From positions 23,064,001 through 23,128,000 of the forward strand of contig JBHGNT010000005.1 in assembly GCA_043228905.1 (NCBI GenBank): a stretch of DNA of 64,000 nt, in the 5' to 3' direction. The stretch is from Azolla caroliniana (taxonomy: Eukaryota > Plantae > Polypodiophyta). The number at the start of each line of letters is the position of its first letter. Position 1 is the stretch's first letter. The notes beneath the pieces are model-generated. The model had not been told where the DNA came from. It saw only the letters and a program-made list of their open reading frames with translations, and did no database searches. The position numbers were made by a program, and so were the translations under genes. Below are positions 61,714-64,000 of the stretch, piece by piece.

Positions 61714-63826
61714 TCGTGTCTATGACAGGAACTCAATATTTGGGGCAAAAGAGATATTAATAATTGGTCATATGTGTGGCCCGTATGGGAGAAAGTCATC
61801 CCCAACCAAGGTCAATGCAATTCAAAATATGCAGGAGGAATGTAAATTCATCTCAGAAGTATGAAGGTTTCTAGGGGTATGCGTCTTTTACTACCGATGG
61901 ATTCCGCATTATGCCCATTTATCTGAACCCTTATATAGACTCCTAAGAAATGGAGAAACATTTGAATGGACTGAAGAACACTTAGAGGCAATGAGGAAAC
62001 TGAAGTCCTACTTGGCACAAGCTCAACCGTTAAAGCAACCTGACTACACCCGACCCATATATCTCACAATAGACTCTAGTCCCATCAGAATTGGATGGGA
62101 TAAGACAACATGATGGGGAAGAAAGGTATCCAGTCTTATTCAGAGCAAAGGTTATAGGTGGTCGACAAAGAAAATATGCACGTGTGAAAAGAGAGCTATG
62201 GGGGATAGTAACAAGAGTTAAGACAGATAGAGATTACTTAATTGGTGTTAGTAATAATAGAAACATATTGTTTGCCAATTCTTGGTATCATAGCTAATTG
62301 TGATATTCCAGATCAAGCCATATTATGATGGTGCATCTATATTAGATCAGTCAACCCTTAAGTTCAACATATCTCTAGGAATAGAAATGTAGTAGCAGAT
62401 ATGTTATCAAGAGCCAGGTATAAGGAAGAGGAGATTCTAGACTCAGACGATGAGGACAAAGAACAAAAAGTCCTTACCACAAGCATTACATGGGAAGGAG
62501 GAATGCAATTTCTAGAAAAGGAGTATGAAGAAGAATTCAAGAAAATAGGGAAATATTTGCAGACCCTTGACAAGTATAAAGGTCAATCGGGAAAAGAATT
62601 CACACAGTTTCGCAAGAAATCACATAAGTTCTTCCTAGATGAAGGATATGTGTGGCGACATCCGATAACCAAGGCAGGAAACCCACAAAGAGTAATAGGT
62701 TCTACAAGGCAAAGAAAGGATAGAATGAGAGAGTTGCATGACAAAGAATGGGTTGGTCATCGAGGATTGTGGGCCACTTTCGGTAAGATTAAAGAACGGT
62801 TTTTGTGGCCTCGATACTATGAGGAAATAAAGAAGCATGTGGAAACTTGTCCCACTTGTCAATATTATTCAAATGTAAAAAATTTTGATGAGGCATACCC
62901 AACATACTCACCGGGGTGCATTACAAGTGGATGATAGATTTGGTAACAATGCCACTTGGAGTAGGACAAAAGAGATACTTGGTTTTTGCAAGAGACGATC
63001 TAACAAATCAAGTGGAAGGACGTGCACTTCGAACAAAAGGGACATTAGGAGTATGTCAATTCATCTTGGAGGACATTGTTTGTAGATATGGATGTATCAA
63101 GAAGATAGTGGCAGATAAGGGAGAGCTCAATTCTGTAGAAGCTCAAGATTTTTTCGACAAAGTAGGGATTCGACATTCTTTGACAATAGCATACAATCCG
63201 GAAGCTAACGGAAAGATAGAAAGGGGACATGGGCCAATAGTCAAAGTTTTAGCAAAGGCATGTAAAGGACAGGTCGGTGATTGGCCAAAAGTCTTACCCT
63301 ATGCATTGTGGGCTAATAGGACAACTCACAACATTGTTACTAGATATATACCTGCAGAATTAATCACAGGATAGAAGCCGATAATGCCAATTGAAGAAAG
63401 ATAAATACATGAGTTGTGCAATCGTGGGAATCAGAAATGAGTAGGGAAGATTTACTTGCTATTCAAATACAACAACTTCAATCCAGCACAGAAGACATAG
63501 AAAAAGCAGGTACTAGATTGAAAGGGGCAAGAATCAAGAATAAGGATAGATTTGACAAGATAAAAAGAATACGACTGAGGAAGGTGCAAGAGGGAGACTG
63601 GGTATTAGTATATGAGAGTGGCCTAGACAATCAATACAGTATTATTCAGAAGTTCGCAAAAAGATCATTTGGACCTTATAAAGTTAGGAAAATAACAGAT
63701 AAGGCCATATATTTCCTCAATGAATTAGATGGGACAAAAATTCGTATTCCAATTGCACGAAAAAAGATTAAAATATTTAAGAGGGAGTCATTAGAGCATT
63801 TAAATATTATATTCAATGATGTTTTA

Positions 63827-63885
63827 GAGAATTGAACCAATAACCTCACACACCAAGTATAAAGTACATACCACTACGTTAAGTT
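63827..63885 (-). ncRNA. Degenerate tRNA-like cassette in the 3' LTR remnant
   Basis: Minus strand reads ..TAACGTAGTGGTATG..CTTGGTGTGTGAGGTTATTGGTTCAATTCTC, homologous to 37021-37080. Confidence 0.55.
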
Positions 63886-64000
63886 ATTTGTTTTTCCATG
63901 ACTATACTTATACGATATCTATTTTCATACATGAAAGCTCAAATGAGCGAGATGTCTATCATACATCAGACGTAATGCATGAACGCCAAATGGCGATCAT

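Larger units (their letters stand above)
46863..61727 (-). mobile_element. Chromovirus (Tcn1/Tf1-like) element with an inverted interior and most of RT deleted, hosting two Copia insertions
   Basis: Direct LTRs at 46863-47337 and 61257-61727. PPT and chromodomain (EYEVEQILDSR) lie on minus at 47338-47775 and the gag start on minus at ~61222. Gag, PR, RH and IN are on plus between 47776 and 61153. TSD is degenerate (CGAAG/GGAAC). Confidence 0.9.
36821..64000 (+). mobile_element. Old Trp-PBS Gypsy element forming the outer shell of a large nest (5' LTR ~36821-37641, PBS 37646-37662; coding pieces 37681-40834, 46630-46862, 61728-63790; 3' LTR remnant from ~63790)
   Basis: The RT frame is restored across both insertions (QGATNLG/VHMMNGMNK and LTLSGAK/SIFGAKEI). 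PBS TGGTGAACCCTACATGA. 63800-63965 is homologous to the 5' LTR. Confidence 0.88.

Overview
This is plant nuclear DNA, probably from a fern or another seed-free plant; that guess is inferred from the PPR fragment type and the retroelement lineages. About 90% of the window is nested LTR retrotransposons. They surround one intact, intronless L-type lectin receptor kinase gene (28014-30080, minus) and a truncated PPR gene fragment. I resolved these elements by LTR pairs, PBS and TSDs: a young intact Athila/OTA-like Gypsy with an extra ORF (12924-23122), Trp-PBS Gypsy elements, several chromovirus (Tcn1/Tf1-like) elements and LTRs, four Copia elements (one with an intact 1357-aa polyprotein), solo LTRs, a non-autonomous hAT element and a LINE remnant. 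Three signals stand out. (1) The intact Gypsy has no polypurine tract; a tRNA-Arg 3' half ending in CCA sits next to its 3' LTR, which amounts to a second, inverted primer site. (2) LTRs of two unrelated Gypsy lineages carry antisense tRNA-like A-box/B-box cassettes in U3. (3) The chromovirus LTRs combine that cassette with heat-shock-element arrays and a Tf1-like 11-nt self-priming pair. tRNA identities and lineage names come from recall and were not database-checked. Coordinates were read by eye and may be off by a few nt.
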